NCBI GenBank assembly: GCA_024405615.1
Contig: JAKSOK010000001.1
Span: forward strand, 1 to 48,383
Direction: 5' to 3'
From: Phascolarctobacterium sp.
GTDB taxonomy: Bacteria > Bacillota > Negativicutes > Acidaminococcales > Acidaminococcaceae
DNA length: 48,383 nucleotides
Under the pieces are notes generated by a model, which was not told the DNA's origin, ran no database searches, and saw only the letters and a list, made by a program, of their open reading frames with translations. Numbering within the stretch: the first letter of the stretch is position 1; every line of letters starts with the position of its first letter. The translations under genes were made by a program, and so were the position numbers. Of the stretch, positions 21,195 to 30,600 are shown piece after piece.

Positions 21195-22463
21195 ATGTTA
21201 TTTAATCAAAAAATTACCAGTGTTGTGCTTTGTGCAATGTTATTGTCTTTAGCACAGAACGTAGGAGCTTATGGTCTTACATGGATTGATAAAGATTATG
21301 ACTTTTCTAAATTGGTGCAGGTAACATGTCTTCCTATGGAAAAGAATGCTCCTTATAGTGCAGATACAAATTTGCTTAAAGAGAGCAAAAAAGTAAAAAC
21401 AGAATTTAATGCCTTCTATGATTTGAACTTGGACAAAAAAATAGATAAAGCGGAATTAGGGAAGCTTGTTAAAGCCAAAACTGGAGCAAATGCTTTTCTA
21501 ATTACAGAAATTGTTACTAATGCTGACCAAACCGATTATGTGGAAGGACGATATTTTCCTGTAACCATGCATGAATATGAAGAGATTAATGGTCCTGACG
21601 GTAAGCATAAGGAACGTGAACGCTACTTTGATACAAAACATTATTATCCTGCTCATGAAGTTACCATGCATAAATTAGAGGTGGATTTTCATCTTTATGA
21701 TGCTGCTAGTGGCAAGAAAATTTTTTCTTTTAATGATGTTCGCCGTTCCTATGACAAAACACAGGACGATTTATTTAAGGAGATTGCAAAAGAGTTTTTT
21801 GTTAGCTTACGGGACACACCTAAATTAGCGGAAAAAGTTCGTACAAGCAATCTAGTTATGGATTCTATCCAGATGAATGGTAAAATTAATGATGTAGATA
21901 AGGGAAAGCGTGCTTTTTATATTATGGAGGGGTTATGTTCAGAACTTTTGCTTAGCGGCACGAAAGTAAAAAATGTACTGCTTTCTAATAAGGGGGAAAG
22001 TAACTATTGCTTGAGAGCTAATGTGTTTAATTATTATGATGCTCCTTACTGGACTGATTCATCTATAAGCACTAGCGATAAAGTAGTTCGTTCTTGGAGT
22101 GAAAAAATAAAAGTACGTCAGGAGGCTCCCAAAACTCAACAAACTGCAACAATTAAGGTGCAAGGGAATACAAATCCTTGGGCAGTTAACAATCCTTCTG
22201 TTAAAAAGGCTACTGAACCCAGTAAAACAACCAATAAGGAAGTGAAAATTGAGCATAAGCTTTACCGTACAGAGATAAAAGAACATCCAGGTGGATATAA
22301 GTTTAAAGCAAATGTAACCTTAAATGCTCAGGTTATAGATAGAAAAACTGGTGTGGTTGTCTTTCGTTATAGCAATTCTAAGAGCAATGATAAGCGTGTG
22401 GATGCGTGGAAGGATTTAACAAAGGATTTTTATAATAAACTTTCTAAAAACATCAAAAAGTAA
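21195..22463 (+). CDS. Secreted hypothetical protein with two tandem related domains
   Basis: ATG 21195 after GGAGG; signal peptide; repeated D-x-x-[ST]-G-x-x-[IV]-F motif. Confidence 0.8.
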   Translation: MLFNQKITSVVLCAMLLSLAQNVGAYGLTWIDKDYDFSKLVQVTCLPMEKNAPYSADTNLLKESKKVKTEFNAFYDLNLDKKIDKAELGKLVKAKTGANAFLITEIVTNADQTDYVEGRYFPVTMHEYEEINGPDGKHKERERYFDTKHYYPAHEVTMHKLEVDFHLYDAASGKKIFSFNDVRRSYDKTQDDLFKEIAKEFFVSLRDTPKLAEKVRTSNLVMDSIQMNGKINDVDKGKRAFYIMEGLCSELLLSGTKVKNVLLSNKGESNYCLRANVFNYYDAPYWTDSSISTSDKVVRSWSEKIKVRQEAPKTQQTATIKVQGNTNPWAVNNPSVKKATEPSKTTNKEVKIEHKLYRTEIKEHPGGYKFKANVTLNAQVIDRKTGVVVFRYSNSKSNDKRVDAWKDLTKDFYNKLSKNIKK

Positions 22464-22465
22464 TA

Positions 22466-22504
22466 AAAACCTGCTTACATATTTGTAAGCAGGTTTATCT
22501 TTTT
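22466..22504. terminator. Bidirectional terminator
   Basis: AAACCTGCTTACA-TATT-TGTAAGCAGGTTT between convergent genes. Confidence 0.85.
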
Positions 22505-22510
22505 AGATTA

Positions 22511-23419
22511 TTAGTTTTTTATATCGAAGCTATCTAGTACTGCTTGGATAATTTCTTTAGGTAAAAGGAAATTATGAGTACCAGGATTTAAGAAAAGGCC
22601 GAGGACTTCTTGGTTTAAGGTGTAGCGCATAAGTGCTTCTAATTCCATGACAAAATAGGGTGCAGGGAAGGCATTACGACGCTCCTCGCTGGTCATAGCT
22701 ACTAGGGCGTGCTCGCCATCTTCAAGGGTTAAGGGTTCGATACCAAAACCACCAGTAATACTTGCTTTTTCGCCTGCTAAATCTAAGCCGCTAGCTTTAA
22801 CCATGGTGTCAACAGCAACCTTTTTATAAATACAGTATTGCAGTGCTTGATACACATATTGCAGATTAGCTTCAGTAGTAACATTGGAGAAGTTTTCCAG
22901 GCATTGCTCTAATTGTGCTAAAGCATCTACGTGACCGAAAAGGCTAGGATTGGCAATTTTGGTGAGTTTAATAATGAAATCGTTTACATCAATACCACTG
23001 ATTAATGTTTCATTATAGAAGGGACCATAGAAATTTCTGCGTTCGCCATTTGTATAATCAATAGCAGCTTGCCAGCAGCCAGGACGAGGATCAAGTTTTT
23101 TGTAATTATCTTTTTCTAAAAGCTTTAGCATGAAATGGAAAATATAGCTAGAATTTAAAACACCAATTTCAGTTTGTTGTTGACGTCCATTTTTTAAGGC
23201 ACCAAATTTTTCACCGGGTAAATAGGAATTGAATTTTACTTTACCGGTTTCTGTAATGGAAATACTTTGCATGACTTCGCCTTGCGGCTTTTGACTAAAG
23301 TATTCTGGGGTAAAGCTAATTAAATGTACTGCAACAACACCAGCCTTGCTGACATTTTCGATATCTTGGGGGGTTATATGATAATCCAATGGGTTAATTT
23401 CAACGTATTTCTCGCTCAT
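22511..23419 (-). CDS. Hypothetical protein with C-terminal SseB-like domain
   Basis: ATG 23419 after AAGGAG; C-terminus LVAMTSEE...GLFLNPG...FLLPKEII resembles SseB N-terminal domain. Confidence 0.65.
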   Translation of the reverse strand: MSEKYVEINPLDYHITPQDIENVSKAGVVAVHLISFTPEYFSQKPQGEVMQSISITETGKVKFNSYLPGEKFGALKNGRQQQTEIGVLNSSYIFHFMLKLLEKDNYKKLDPRPGCWQAAIDYTNGERRNFYGPFYNETLISGIDVNDFIIKLTKIANPSLFGHVDALAQLEQCLENFSNVTTEANLQYVYQALQYCIYKKVAVDTMVKASGLDLAGEKASITGGFGIEPLTLEDGEHALVAMTSEERRNAFPAPYFVMELEALMRYTLNQEVLGLFLNPGTHNFLLPKEIIQAVLDSFDIKN

Positions 23420-23525
23420 GTGTTTAAGCTCCTTATAAAAATATATATGAGATATTATACACCAAAATTTAATTTTTAACAATAAAAATAGCTCCCTAGA
23501 GGACTAGGGAGCTAAAGAATACTTT

Positions 23526-24470
23526 TTAATCAATGAAGCTAGTAGCACGCTTAAGGGCTGCTTGGCATTCTTCCATGAGCTTATCCATGATTTGTTGACA
23601 GGGAAGAACTTCGTTTAAAACATTAAGAGCTTGACCTACCATAACCTCACCATTCTCGATATCGCCTTCTATGATACCGGCGCGGTTGGTTCCTGTAGCA
23701 AAACGCATAAGCTCTTCATTGGGAGCACCACTGACCTCAAGCTCAGTATATTTTTTGGTAAAGGCGTTTTCTAAGCAACGTACGCCTAAATTACGGCTAT
23801 AACCAGTAGCTGCGCTATCAGTATCAGTTGCAGCTGCAATAGCTGCTTTGGCTCTTGGATGAGCAGGACATTCAGTGGACATAAGGAAACGAGAACCCAT
23901 TTGAACACCTTCAGCACCCATTAAAAGGGCAGCGGCAATAGCGCGACCATCGGAGATACTTCCCGCAACAAGAACAGGAATAGACTTGACATTAGGCAGA
24001 ACATTTTCCATTAAAGACATAGTAGTTTGTTTGCCAATATGACCACCGGCCTCCATACCTTCTACAACCATAGCATCTGCGCCAGCAGCTTCAATACGTT
24101 GAGCAAGCTTAACATTAGGTACTACAGGAATAACCTTAATACCTGCAGCGTGGAAGGTAGGAATATGGGGGACAGGATTACCTGCACCAAGGGTTACAAA
24201 GGCAACTTTTTCAGCACAAATAGTTTCTACTACCTCTGCAACATTAGGAGCCATAAGCATGACGTTGCAGCCAAAGGGCTTATCAGTTAAGGTTTTAGCT
24301 TTGCGAATTTCATCGCGAACCCATTCAGCAGTGCGACCGCCAGTACCGATGATACCAGCACCACCTGCGTTGGATACACCTGCTGCTAGAACTGCATCAG
24401 AACACCAAGCCATACCGCCTTGGATCACAGGATGTTTAATACCTAGTAATTGTGTTAATTTAGTTTGCAT
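23526..24470 (-). CDS. fabK: Enoyl-ACP reductase II FabK (nitronate monooxygenase family)
   Basis: HPVIQGGMAW, VSNAGG, PFGCN, EGMEAGGHIG, GVQMGSRF. Confidence 0.8.
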   Translation of the reverse strand: MQTKLTQLLGIKHPVIQGGMAWCSDAVLAAGVSNAGGAGIIGTGGRTAEWVRDEIRKAKTLTDKPFGCNVMLMAPNVAEVVETICAEKVAFVTLGAGNPVPHIPTFHAAGIKVIPVVPNVKLAQRIEAAGADAMVVEGMEAGGHIGKQTTMSLMENVLPNVKSIPVLVAGSISDGRAIAAALLMGAEGVQMGSRFLMSTECPAHPRAKAAIAAATDTDSAATGYSRNLGVRCLENAFTKKYTELEVSGAPNEELMRFATGTNRAGIIEGDIENGEVMVGQALNVLNEVLPCQQIMDKLMEECQAALKRATSFID

Positions 24471-24728
24471 ATAAATACCTCCTGTCTGATTGTTTTTGAC
24501 AATCTTATTATCGTTAATAGTATTATATAATACTTATTGTTATTAAGGCAAGGGCTTTTTGTATCAACTTTGAGATGCTTGAAATTTTATAATTTTGGAC
24601 AAAGTTCGGCACACATCCGCGGGATGCAGTAACGAAAAATATAAATAAAAAGAATTAATTTGCAGGAAAAAATACAACAATATAGAATTTTTACATAGTT
24701 CATAATTTATAAGGGAGGATTTTCTATT

Positions 24729-25085
24729 ATGGAAACTATTTCTAAATCTCAAATTATTGACAAAATTTGCCAAGATGGTAAAATCTCTAAAACTGCTGCT
24801 AAAATCGTTATTGATGCTGCTTTAGAAGCAATCAAAGCAGAATTAGTTGCTGGTAATAAAGTATCCCTGTTTGGCTTTGGTGCTTTTGATATTAGAGAAC
24901 GTGCTGCTCGCGAAGGTATTAATCCTTTAACCAAAGAAAAAATCCAAATCGCTGCTTCTAAAGGTGTTGGTTTCAAGGCTACTAAATCTTTAAAAGAAGC
25001 TATGAATCCTAAACCTGTAGAGAAAACTAAAAAAGGTGCTAAAAAAGGTGCAAAAGCTACCGCAAAGAAAGCTGCAAAAAAATAA
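24729..25085 (+). CDS. hup: HU DNA-binding protein with Lys/Ala-rich C-terminal tail
   Basis: GFGAF, RAAREGINPLTKEKIQI, FKATKSLK; candidate promoter TTGCAG-17-TAGAAT at 24660-24688. Confidence 0.93.
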   Translation: METISKSQIIDKICQDGKISKTAAKIVIDAALEAIKAELVAGNKVSLFGFGAFDIRERAAREGINPLTKEKIQIAASKGVGFKATKSLKEAMNPKPVEKTKKGAKKGAKATAKKAAKK

Positions 25086-25097
25086 TAACTAGAAATG

Positions 25098-25178
25098 AAA
25101 AATAGCCTCACTAGATTAGTAGTGAGGCTATTTTTTTGTTGTTAAAAGAAAAAAGGCGTCAGAGTTATCTGACGCCTT
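25098..25178. terminator. Back-to-back terminators for hup (+) and the hydrogenase operon (-)
   Basis: AAAATAGCCTCACTA...TAGTGAGGCTATTTTTTT and AAAAAGGCGTCAGA...TCTGACGCCTT. Confidence 0.85.
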
Positions 25179-25185
25179 AATATCA

Positions 25186-26910
25186 TTATTGGTAATTCTT
25201 TTCCTTAACGTGGTCGGTGTGGAGTAATTTTTCACTTAGTTCGCCTAAAGGCTTACCTAAGAATTTATTGTACAACTCGACAACGTCAGGATTATTATGA
25301 GATTGACGCAGAGCGCGTGCCTCGTCTAAAGCATAAAGCTTTTGACCACGAGCGCAGGCCAATTCTTCACCATCATGAATAGGTTGACCGCCGCCACCAA
25401 CGCAGCCGCCAGGACATGCCATAACTTCAACGAAATCATAGCGAACACGACCAGCCTTCAGATCTTCCATTAGCTTTCTAGCGTTGCCTAAACCACTAAC
25501 AGTGCAGGTACGCAGAGTAACATCGCCCAGCTTAAATTCAGCTTCCTTACGGCCTTCGTGACCACGAACATTCAGGAATGCATCCATAGGAGCTTCTTCA
25601 CCCATAACCACTTTATAAGCAGTACGGAGTGCAGCTTCCATAACGCCACCAGTTACGCCGAAGATAACGGCTGCACCAGTAGAGGAGCCTAAGGGGTTAT
25701 CAAAGGGAACTTCTGGCAGGGTAGCAGGATTGATATGCTCAGATTTTAATAGACGGATAAGTTCACGGGTAGTGAGAACGATATCTACGTCTTGCTTGCC
25801 AGATGCACGCATGGACATCAGTGCAGCTTCACGTTTCTTGGAAACGCAGGGCATGATGGAGATGGAGCAAATGTCTTTAGCTTCCATACCTTTTTGTTTA
25901 GCAAAGAAGGTTTTAGTTAAAGCACCGAAAATTTGTTGCGGAGATTTAGTTGTGGACAGGTTAGGAACGAACTCCTTGTAGTTCATGTTCAGGAAGCTTA
26001 CCCAACCAGGGCAGCAGGAGGTGAACATAGGCCATACATTACGATCGCGATTAGCTAAACGTTCTAAAAGTTCAGTACCTTCTTCCCAAATAGTTACGTC
26101 TGCTGCATAGTTAGTATCGAAAACATAGTCGAAGCCAACCTTTTTCAAAGCAGCAACCATACGGCCTTCAGTTGCCATTTCAGCAGGAATGTTGAAGGCT
26201 TCTGCCCATGCAGTACGAACTGCAGGTGCTACTTGAACAACTGTAACTTTGGATTCATCAGCTAATGCATCATAAATCTTGGGAACGTCATTGCGCTCTT
26301 TCAGAGCACCAACAGGACAGTGGGTGATGCATTGACCACAGAGACTGCAGTTTGCATCAGCAATATCTACGCCACCAGTAACGCCAATGGTAGTACGGGA
26401 AGCTGTGTTTTCCAAATCCCAAATGTGCAATTTTTGTACTTTATCGCAAATTTGCAAGCAACGCATGCATTTGATGCATTTCTTAGAATCACGAATCAAC
26501 GGGAATTCTTGGTTCCAGGGAACATCTTCGATTTGTCTTTCATAAGGAATATCATAAATGCCTAAATCGTTAGATAGCTTTTGCAGGCTGCAATTACCGC
26601 TACGTACACAGGTTGCACACAGGCAGTCATGTTGAGAAAGAATCAGTTCTACGTTATTACGACGAACTGCACGAGCTTTAGGAGAGTTTGTGAATACTAC
26701 CAAACCCTCTTGGCAAGCGGTGCTACAGGAGGTAACTAGCTTTTGTTTGCCTTGAATTTCTACAACGCAAACTTTGCAGGCACTGATTTCGTTAATGTCT
26801 TTTAAGAAGCAGAGACGAGGAATTTCAATGCCGATGGAAGCAGCAGCTTGCATAATAGTAGTACCCTCAGGTACAGTAACTTGTTGACCATCAATAGTTA
26901 ATGTTACCAT
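25186..26910 (-). CDS. hydA: [FeFe]-hydrogenase group A catalytic subunit
   Basis: H-cluster motifs TSCCPGW, MPCVSKKRE, EVMACPGGCVGGGGQP; N-terminal 2Fe-2S, His-ligated 4Fe-4S (HDCLCATC) and two 4Fe-4S motifs. Confidence 0.96.
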   Translation of the reverse strand: MVTLTIDGQQVTVPEGTTIMQAAASIGIEIPRLCFLKDINEISACKVCVVEIQGKQKLVTSCSTACQEGLVVFTNSPKARAVRRNNVELILSQHDCLCATCVRSGNCSLQKLSNDLGIYDIPYERQIEDVPWNQEFPLIRDSKKCIKCMRCLQICDKVQKLHIWDLENTASRTTIGVTGGVDIADANCSLCGQCITHCPVGALKERNDVPKIYDALADESKVTVVQVAPAVRTAWAEAFNIPAEMATEGRMVAALKKVGFDYVFDTNYAADVTIWEEGTELLERLANRDRNVWPMFTSCCPGWVSFLNMNYKEFVPNLSTTKSPQQIFGALTKTFFAKQKGMEAKDICSISIMPCVSKKREAALMSMRASGKQDVDIVLTTRELIRLLKSEHINPATLPEVPFDNPLGSSTGAAVIFGVTGGVMEAALRTAYKVVMGEEAPMDAFLNVRGHEGRKEAEFKLGDVTLRTCTVSGLGNARKLMEDLKAGRVRYDFVEVMACPGGCVGGGGQPIHDGEELACARGQKLYALDEARALRQSHNNPDVVELYNKFLGKPLGELSEKLLHTDHVKEKNYQ

Positions 26911-28754
26911 TTTGTAGTTCTACCTCCCTTCAGAGCACTAATGCCAAATTTATCACAACGCAGGCAACGACCAGCTTCTTGACAAGCCTCTTGGTCGGTT
27001 AAGCCACATTCAATAGGTTCAAAGGTTTTCTTACGCTTGCCAGTTTCTTCCAAAGCGATTTGGATACGACCGCAGGGGCGTTTATCGTCAATAATGGGTT
27101 CAGGAATGTTAACGTCACAGGTAATGACATGTTGGAAACCAAGATATTCATCGATATTAGCTGCAGCAACTTTACCGGCAGCAATAGCACGAATAACAGT
27201 AGCAGGACCTGTTACGCAGTCACCACCAGCGAATACGCCTTCATTGTTAGCCAATTCACTGGATGCCAGGGCGGAGATGGTACCTTTTTTAATCTTAATA
27301 CCAGCTTCTTCGAAGGGAGCGATTTCAATGCCTTGGCCGATAGCAACAACGATGATATCAGCAGGAATGCGTTCCAAATCAACTTTCTTACGAATAGTAC
27401 GAGCACGTCCCCAAGCATCGATAGGTCCAATGATTTGCGGTTCAGCCCATAAAGCAGCAACATTACCGTTTTCATCTGCTTCAATGTGGTGAGGAGATTG
27501 CAAACCATAAAGTTCAGCACCTTCCGCAATTGCACCTTCAATTTCTTCCGGAAGAGCAGTCATGTCATCTTGACGGCGACGATATGCGATAACAACCTTC
27601 TTTGCACCTAAGCGGATAGCACTACGGGTGCAGTCCATAGCAACGTTACCGCCACCGATAACAACAACATTCTTGTCCTTGAAATCAGGGGGATTTTCAT
27701 CACCGATAGCACGTAACATCTCAACGGCAGACATAACGCCATGAGAATCTTCGCCTTCAATACCAATCTTTTTATCAGTATGAGCACCGATAGCAATATA
27801 AATTGCATCATATTTTGCTCTTAATTCGTCAAAGGAGATTTCGCCAGGAGCGTTGCCAATACGGCTGTTAAGATGTACCTCTGCACCAGTGGACAGGATT
27901 GCATCAATATCCTCTTGTAGGCGAACACGGGGGAAGCGATAGTTAGGGATACCATAACGGAGCATGCCGCCCAACTTAGCCTTTTCTTCAAAAATAACTG
28001 CATGGTGACCCATGAGCTCTAAATAGTAAGCAGCGGACAGACCGGAAGGACCACCACCGATAATTGCAACTTTTTTGCCAGTAGAAGCAGCTTTTTCCGG
28101 AACAGGAACGGTATTAGCAGGAGCTTCATCAACAGCTTTACGTTTCATGCCACGAATATTGACAGGAGCATCAATCATGCTACGACGGCAGCGTGCTTCA
28201 CAAGGATGCTCGCAGATAAGTGCGCAAGCAGTGGGGAAGGGGTTGTCCTTACGAATTAGTTTAACTGCATCTGCATAACGACCAGCACCAACTAAAGCTA
28301 CATAACCAGGAATATCAACTTGTGCAGGACACAGAGCTACGCAAGGAATAGAATGGTTAGCACGAACGGAGCATTTACCCTTCTTAATATGATGGATGTA
28401 ATCTTCACGGAAACCAACAAGACCAGCCAGAACCATGTGGGCTGCTTCAAAGCCGATAGCACAGTCGGCACTGTCTGTAATGTTGTTTGCAGTGCTTTCA
28501 ATTAAATCTAAGGTTTTCATGGTTGCACGGCCTTCCAGCACGTCTTCCATGAGTTTTTGCAATTGTCCTAAGCCAACACGGCAGGGAACGCATTTACCGC
28601 AGGTTTGAGCATGGCAAACCTTTAAAAAGGAGAGCTGCAGGTCAACAGGGCACAGTCCCGGAGGGCTGGCAATGATATGACGCTCTAAATCCTTGTAGAG
28701 ACGCTCCACGGTAAGCTGAGCTTGATCCGGGGTTTCAATCTTTAAACGACTCAT
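26904..28754 (-). CDS. GltD-like FAD/NAD(P)-binding Fe-S oxidoreductase with N-terminal NuoF-type 4Fe-4S domain (hydrogenase partner)
   Basis: ATG 28754 after GGAGG; TCGKCVPCRVG, PCVALCPA, ICEHPCEARC, GGGPSG, GGGNVAMD, EAGRCLRC; stop overlaps hydA start. Confidence 0.92.
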   Translation of the reverse strand: MSRLKIETPDQAQLTVERLYKDLERHIIASPPGLCPVDLQLSFLKVCHAQTCGKCVPCRVGLGQLQKLMEDVLEGRATMKTLDLIESTANNITDSADCAIGFEAAHMVLAGLVGFREDYIHHIKKGKCSVRANHSIPCVALCPAQVDIPGYVALVGAGRYADAVKLIRKDNPFPTACALICEHPCEARCRRSMIDAPVNIRGMKRKAVDEAPANTVPVPEKAASTGKKVAIIGGGPSGLSAAYYLELMGHHAVIFEEKAKLGGMLRYGIPNYRFPRVRLQEDIDAILSTGAEVHLNSRIGNAPGEISFDELRAKYDAIYIAIGAHTDKKIGIEGEDSHGVMSAVEMLRAIGDENPPDFKDKNVVVIGGGNVAMDCTRSAIRLGAKKVVIAYRRRQDDMTALPEEIEGAIAEGAELYGLQSPHHIEADENGNVAALWAEPQIIGPIDAWGRARTIRKKVDLERIPADIIVVAIGQGIEIAPFEEAGIKIKKGTISALASSELANNEGVFAGGDCVTGPATVIRAIAAGKVAAANIDEYLGFQHVITCDVNIPEPIIDDKRPCGRIQIALEETGKRKKTFEPIECGLTDQEACQEAGRCLRCDKFGISALKGGRTTKW

Positions 28755-28871
28755 CTTTTTCCTCCAAATATCAATGACTAGGGGGCTGGTGGTTAACCTG
28801 CTTTTCCTAGTCAGAATGACCATAGCTTTAAAAATAAATAGTGTACACCATTCATTTATACTATAAGCAAT

Positions 28872-28900
28872 ATTATACAAAATTTCTGTGATTTCCGCAA
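28872..28900 (-). promoter_or_regulatory. Promoter of the hydrogenase operon
   Basis: Minus strand TTGCGG(28900-28895)-17 nt-TATAAT(28877-28872). Confidence 0.6.
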
Positions 28901-29170
28901 GAATATATTGTGTATACATGTTACAGTTTTGGCTTGTTTGCACAGTATAATGTGTAAGTTGTTATCTGAATAAATAATGTGTACAGTGGGGAGAAGATAT
29001 GTGTATAAAATAGATACGAATAATGTCTTTTAATTCTACTTCAGTTTAAAAATCTGGTAAACCTAAAAGATTGTTAAGAATTTTGAAAAAAGGTAAGACT
29101 ATTTATGTCCAGAAAAGATGTTTTGTGATATAATAGACAAGTATTATTTTTGGTTTGTAGAGGGAATTTC

Positions 29171-30547
29171 ATGGAACTATCTATTATTCATATAGCCTTT
29201 ATTTTAATTACACTTATAGCAACTTTAGCGCCAGGCTTTATTGCTGCTAGAAAAATTAAGTCTGCAGATGATTACAGTGTAGGCGGACGTAAGAGTGGAG
29301 TAGGCTTAGTAGCTGGAAGCATTATTGGTACTATTGTTGGTGGTGCTGCTACCGTAGGTACAGCTCAGTTAGGCTTCAAACTAGGCTTAACTGCCTGGTG
29401 GTTTACTTTAGGAAGTGGCATTGCTTTAATTGTCATGGCTATTTTTTATGCCATGCCTTTACGCAAAAGTGGCCTAACTACGGTTTCTGAGTTTCTCGTA
29501 ACCAACTACGGAAAGAAAGCTGGTTATTTGGCTAGTCTTTCCTCAAGCTTTGGTATATTCTTCAGTGTTGTTGCCAGTACGCTTACAGGCTTACACTTGA
29601 TTGCAGATATTTTCCATCTGAATTTGTATGTGGCGGGTGCACTTTTAGTATGCATTACGGCTAGCTTCGTTTTCTTCGGAGGACTTAGCGGTGGCGGTAT
29701 GGCAGGTATACTGAAGATAGTTTTGATATTCTCTAGTATTGCTGTTGGTGGTGTTTTAGCCTATAGTGGTATGGGTGGTTTAAGTGGTATGGCTGCTACC
29801 TTCGATCCCTATCCATGGTTTAGCTTGTTTGGTCGTGGTACTCAGGATGGTTTGTTCAGCCTAGTATGCATGATTGTAGGTGTTATTTCTACGCAAAGCT
29901 ATGCGCAAGCAGTATTCTCTGCTAAGGATACCAAAACTGCTGCAGTAGGCTGTGTTGCAGCTGCTTTGGTTGTTATTCCTGTAGGCTTACCCTCTGTAAT
30001 GATTGGTATGTTCATGCATGCCCATCATCCTAATATCAACCCAATCATGGCTTTACCGCAATATCTTTTGACTTATTTGCCTGAATGGTTAGGTGGTATT
30101 GGCGTAGGTGCTTTGCTAATATCCTCTATTGGTAGTTTGGGTGGTCTTTCCTTAGGTATTGCTACGCTTATAGCTCGTGACGTTGTAAAAAATATCTGGA
30201 AGGATATGGATTCCAAACAAGCTCTATGGGTTAATCGAATTTTAGTTTTAGTAGCTATGTTCGTAGCTATGGTCTTCGTTTTCTTCCACTTAGATTCCTC
30301 GGTTTTAGACTTTAACTATCTATCCATGTCTTTAAGAGCTAGCGGTATCTTCATGCCCTTGACTTTCTGCATTTTCTTTAACAATAGAATTAAGCCTCTT
30401 TGGGGCTTATTATCCATAGGCTGCGGTATTTTTACTGCCTGCTTCTGGCCCTATCTCATCCCCATCAAAATCAACAGTCTTTTCCCTGCTTTAGCGGTGA
30501 ATTTTATATTCTTAGTAATTGGTCTCATGATAGGGAAGAAAGAGTAA
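29171..30547 (+). CDS. Sodium:solute symporter (SSS) family transporter
   Basis: Multi-pass membrane protein, DDYSVGGRK, IVGGAATVG, TTVSEFL..YG; ATG 29171 after GAGGG. Confidence 0.9.
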   Translation: MELSIIHIAFILITLIATLAPGFIAARKIKSADDYSVGGRKSGVGLVAGSIIGTIVGGAATVGTAQLGFKLGLTAWWFTLGSGIALIVMAIFYAMPLRKSGLTTVSEFLVTNYGKKAGYLASLSSSFGIFFSVVASTLTGLHLIADIFHLNLYVAGALLVCITASFVFFGGLSGGGMAGILKIVLIFSSIAVGGVLAYSGMGGLSGMAATFDPYPWFSLFGRGTQDGLFSLVCMIVGVISTQSYAQAVFSAKDTKTAAVGCVAAALVVIPVGLPSVMIGMFMHAHHPNINPIMALPQYLLTYLPEWLGGIGVGALLISSIGSLGGLSLGIATLIARDVVKNIWKDMDSKQALWVNRILVLVAMFVAMVFVFFHLDSSVLDFNYLSMSLRASGIFMPLTFCIFFNNRIKPLWGLLSIGCGIFTACFWPYLIPIKINSLFPALAVNFIFLVIGLMIGKKE

Positions 30548-30551
30548 AAAA

Positions 30552-30596
30552 TAACCACTGACAATGTTATCTAAACAAGGTCAGTGGTTTTTTATT
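30552..30596. terminator. Bidirectional terminator
   Basis: AACCACTGAC...GTCAGTGGTT with A/T tracts between convergent genes. Confidence 0.75.
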
Positions 30597-30600
30597 GCTT

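Noticed and set aside
24605-24635. Small GC-rich hairpin CATCC-GCG-GGATG upstream of hup
   Set aside because: Only a 5-bp core and upstream of the best hup promoter; no riboswitch consensus
28755-28943. 63-aa N-terminal extension of the GltD-like ORF as called in the track
   Set aside because: Spans promoter and leader; the GGAGG RBS supports ATG 28754
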